A stretch of 64,000 nt of DNA from Macrostomum lignano (Eukaryota): assembly GCA_002269645.1 (NCBI GenBank), contig NIVC01000363.1, positions 558,001 through 622,000 on the forward strand, given 5' to 3'. How positions within the stretch are numbered: position 1 is the stretch's first letter; every line of letters starts with the position of its first letter. The translations under genes and the position numbers were made by a program. Shown piece after piece: positions 61,351 through 64,000 of the stretch. Below the pieces are notes generated by a model. It ran no database searches, was not told where the DNA came from, and saw nothing but the letters and a program-made list of their open reading frames with translations.

Positions 61351-61424
61351 GTGAGTTGTGTCTGTAAGCTTGATTGTTGAGCACTTCATTGGGTAATTTC
61401 TCGTCGTCCCATTCACTCTACCCT

Positions 61425-62700
61425 CACTCAAATCGCCCCTGAACCCTTACTGAAAATCGCCCCTGAACCTTCATTAAGAATCGCCCATGAAGCCTCACTA
61501 AGAATCGCATCTGAAGCCTCACTAAGAATCGCATCTGAAGCCTCACTAAGAATCGCATCTGAACCCTCACTAACAATCGCCCATGAAGCCTCACTAAGAA
61601 TCGCATCTGAACCCTCACTAAGAATCGCCCATGAAGCCTCACTAAAAATCGCATCTGAACCCTCACTAACAATCGCCCCTGACGCCTCACTGAGAATCGC
61701 CCCTGAACCCTCACTGAGAATCTCCCCCGAAGCCTCACTAAGAATCGCCCCTGAAGCCTCACTAAAAATCGCCCCCAAGCCCTCACTGAGAATTGCCCCT
61801 GAACCCTCACTGAGAATCTCTCCCGAAGCCTCACTAAGAATCGCCCATGAAGCCTCACTAAGAATCGCCCATGAAGCCTCACTAAAAATCGCATCTGAAC
61901 CCTCACTAACAATCGCCCCTGACGCCTCACTGAGAATCGCATCTGAACCCTCACTAAGAATCGCCCATGAAGCCTCACTAAAAATCGCATCTGAACCCTC
62001 ACTAACAATCGCCCCTGACGCCTCACTGAGAATCGCCCCTGAACCCTCACTGAGAATCTCCCCCGAAGCCTCACTAGGAATCGCCCCTGAAGCCTCACTA
62101 AAAATCGCCCCCAAGCCCTCACTGAGAATTGCCCCTGAACCCTCACTGAGAATCTCTCCCGAAGCCTCACTAAGAATCGCCCATGAAGCCTCACTAAGAA
62201 TCGCCCATGAAGCCTCACTAAGAATCGCATCTGATCCCTCACTAACAATCGCCCCTGACGCCTCACTGAGAATCGCATCTGAAGCCTCACTAAGAATCGC
62301 CCCTGACGCCTCACTGAGAATCGCCCCTGAACCCTCACTAACAATCGCCCCGAAGCCTCACTAAGAATCGCCCCTGAACCCTCACTGAGAATCTCCTCCG
62401 AAGCCTCACTAAGAATCGCCCCTGACGCCTCACTGAGAATCGCCCCTGAACCCTCACTAACAATCGCCCCCAAGCCCTCACTAAGAATCGCCCCTGAACC
62501 CTCACTAAGAATCGCCCCTGACGCCTCACTGAGAATCGCCCCTGAACCCTCACTAAGAATTGCCCCGAAGCCTCACTAAGAATCGCCCCTGAACCCTCAC
62601 TAAGAATCGCCCCTGAACCCTCACTAAGAATCGCCCCTGAACCCTCACTGAGAATCGCCCCTGAACCCTCACTGAGAATCTCCCCCGAAGCCTCAATAAG
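61425..62700. repeat. 24-bp minisatellite (CCTCACTAAGAATCGCCCCTGAAS)n
   Basis: About 53 units; source of ORFs 61424-62553. Confidence 0.95.
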
Positions 62701-63214
62701 AATTGCAGAATCTCATTTTATAGAGTGGCTCACCAATGGAAAATAAGTGCCGGAAACGCATTAAAATAAATAAAGGCTTCAGTTTTATAATTGAATTATA
62801 TGATACCAAGAGCCCAAGATATAGATAGACCTGTGACACAAAACTATAAAATTATTAATAAACCAATGCGCTTCGGAGTTAAAAGTTATGTGAAAATATT
62901 GCCACTGACCTGTTTATATCTGACCGCATTCAGTCATGCCGCATTTCCTACTGCCATGGCTGATTCTGCCAGTTACCATATGCTATCTGTATATCTGTCT
63001 CCATCCATTACCCTTTACTAAAGTAGCTCTACGAAATGAATCTGGTTTCTCGTAATTTGCGCTGTCAGTTCTGAGTTTAGTTTATGCCTGTTTACGTAAT
63101 TGCGCCTGATTCCGACCTTTGGTCTGAGAAATTTTCTCAATTACGCTAATAGATTTTCCGTTGCTAAATAGTCTAAGTAATGTAATATCTTGTCTGATAC
63201 TTTAAAGTATGGTT

Positions 63215-64000
63215 TTGTGTCTATTTGATATTTTCCGTTTCTCTGCATTTGATCTAGGGTGAGATTTCCGTATCTCTGTGTTGTGTCTAGGGTGAGATTT
63301 CTTTTTCTCTGCTATAGGTCTAGGGTGAGATTTCAGTGTCTGCGTTGAATCTATGGTGAGATTTCCGTGTCCATTTATTGGATCTAGGATGGGATTTCCG
63401 TGTCTATTAATTGGGTCTAGGGTGAGATTTCCGTGTCCATCCATTGGATCTAGGATGGGATTTCCGTGTCTATTCATTAGATCTAGGTGAGATTTCCGTG
63501 TCTCTGCATTTGATCTAGGGTGAGATTTCCGTGTCTCTGCATTTGATCTAGGGTGAGATTTCCGTGTCTCTGCAATTAATCTAGGGTCAGATTTCCGTAT
63601 CTCTGTGTTGGGTCTAGGGTGAGATTTCCTTGTCTCTGCTATAGGTCTAGGGTGAGATTTCAGTGTGTCTGCGTTGGATCTAGGGTGAGATTTCCGTGTC
63701 CATCCATTGGATCTAGGATGGAATTTCCGTGTCTATTCATTAGATCTAGGGTGAGATTTCCGTGTCTCTGCATTTGATCTAGGGTGAGATTTCCGTGTCT
63801 CTGCATTTGATCTAGGGTGAGATTTCCGTGTCCATCCATTGGATCTAGGATGGGATTTCCGTGTCTATTCATTAGATCTAGGGTGAGATTTCCGTGTCTC
63901 TGCATTTGATCTAGGGTGAGATTTCCGTGTCTCTGCATTTGATCTAGGGTGAGATTTCCGTGTCCATCCATTGGATCTAGGATGGGATTTCCGTGTCTAT
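63215..64000. repeat. ~33-bp minisatellite (CTAGGGTGAGATTTCCGTGTCTCTGCATTTGAT)n
   Basis: Tandem units running to the end of the window. Confidence 0.95.

Noticed and set aside
61424-63971. ORFs 61424-62553 and 63202-63971
   Set aside because: Translations of the 24-bp and 33-bp arrays.

Overview
Eukaryotic (animal) genomic DNA with GT-AG introns, most of which carry their own minisatellite. Q/S/A-rich proteins and minisatellite-filled introns suggest a flatworm such as Macrostomum; this is inference only. Host genes reconstructed by hand from splice sites and reading-frame phase: a 5'-truncated RhoGEF with a DH domain but no visible PH domain (+, 226-10788); eIF4G (+, 15819-29045); CDK11/PITSLRE kinase (-, 31173-34908); a BTB-BACK-PHR protein (-, 35989-39945); and exons of one or two unidentified + strand genes (56619-61350). 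The eIF4G introns host at least seven snoRNA candidates: two paralogous C/D RNAs with a guide I could not assign, a snR38/SNORD1-like C/D RNA, and four SNORA9-like H/ACA RNAs. A full-length Ty3/Gypsy retrotransposon (-, 46130-56314) has apparently identical 1133-bp LTRs, a TATA target-site duplication, a tRNA-Leu primer-binding site and a G GGA AAC -1 frameshift signal. Its most unusual feature is a ~370-aa unknown domain fused after integrase. A perfect GTAAGT donor overlapping the gag stop codon and an acceptor just before that domain would splice it in frame onto Gag. Most long ORFs in the supplied track are translations of tandem repeats. Exon boundaries were read by eye and family names are recalled from memory, not from database searches.
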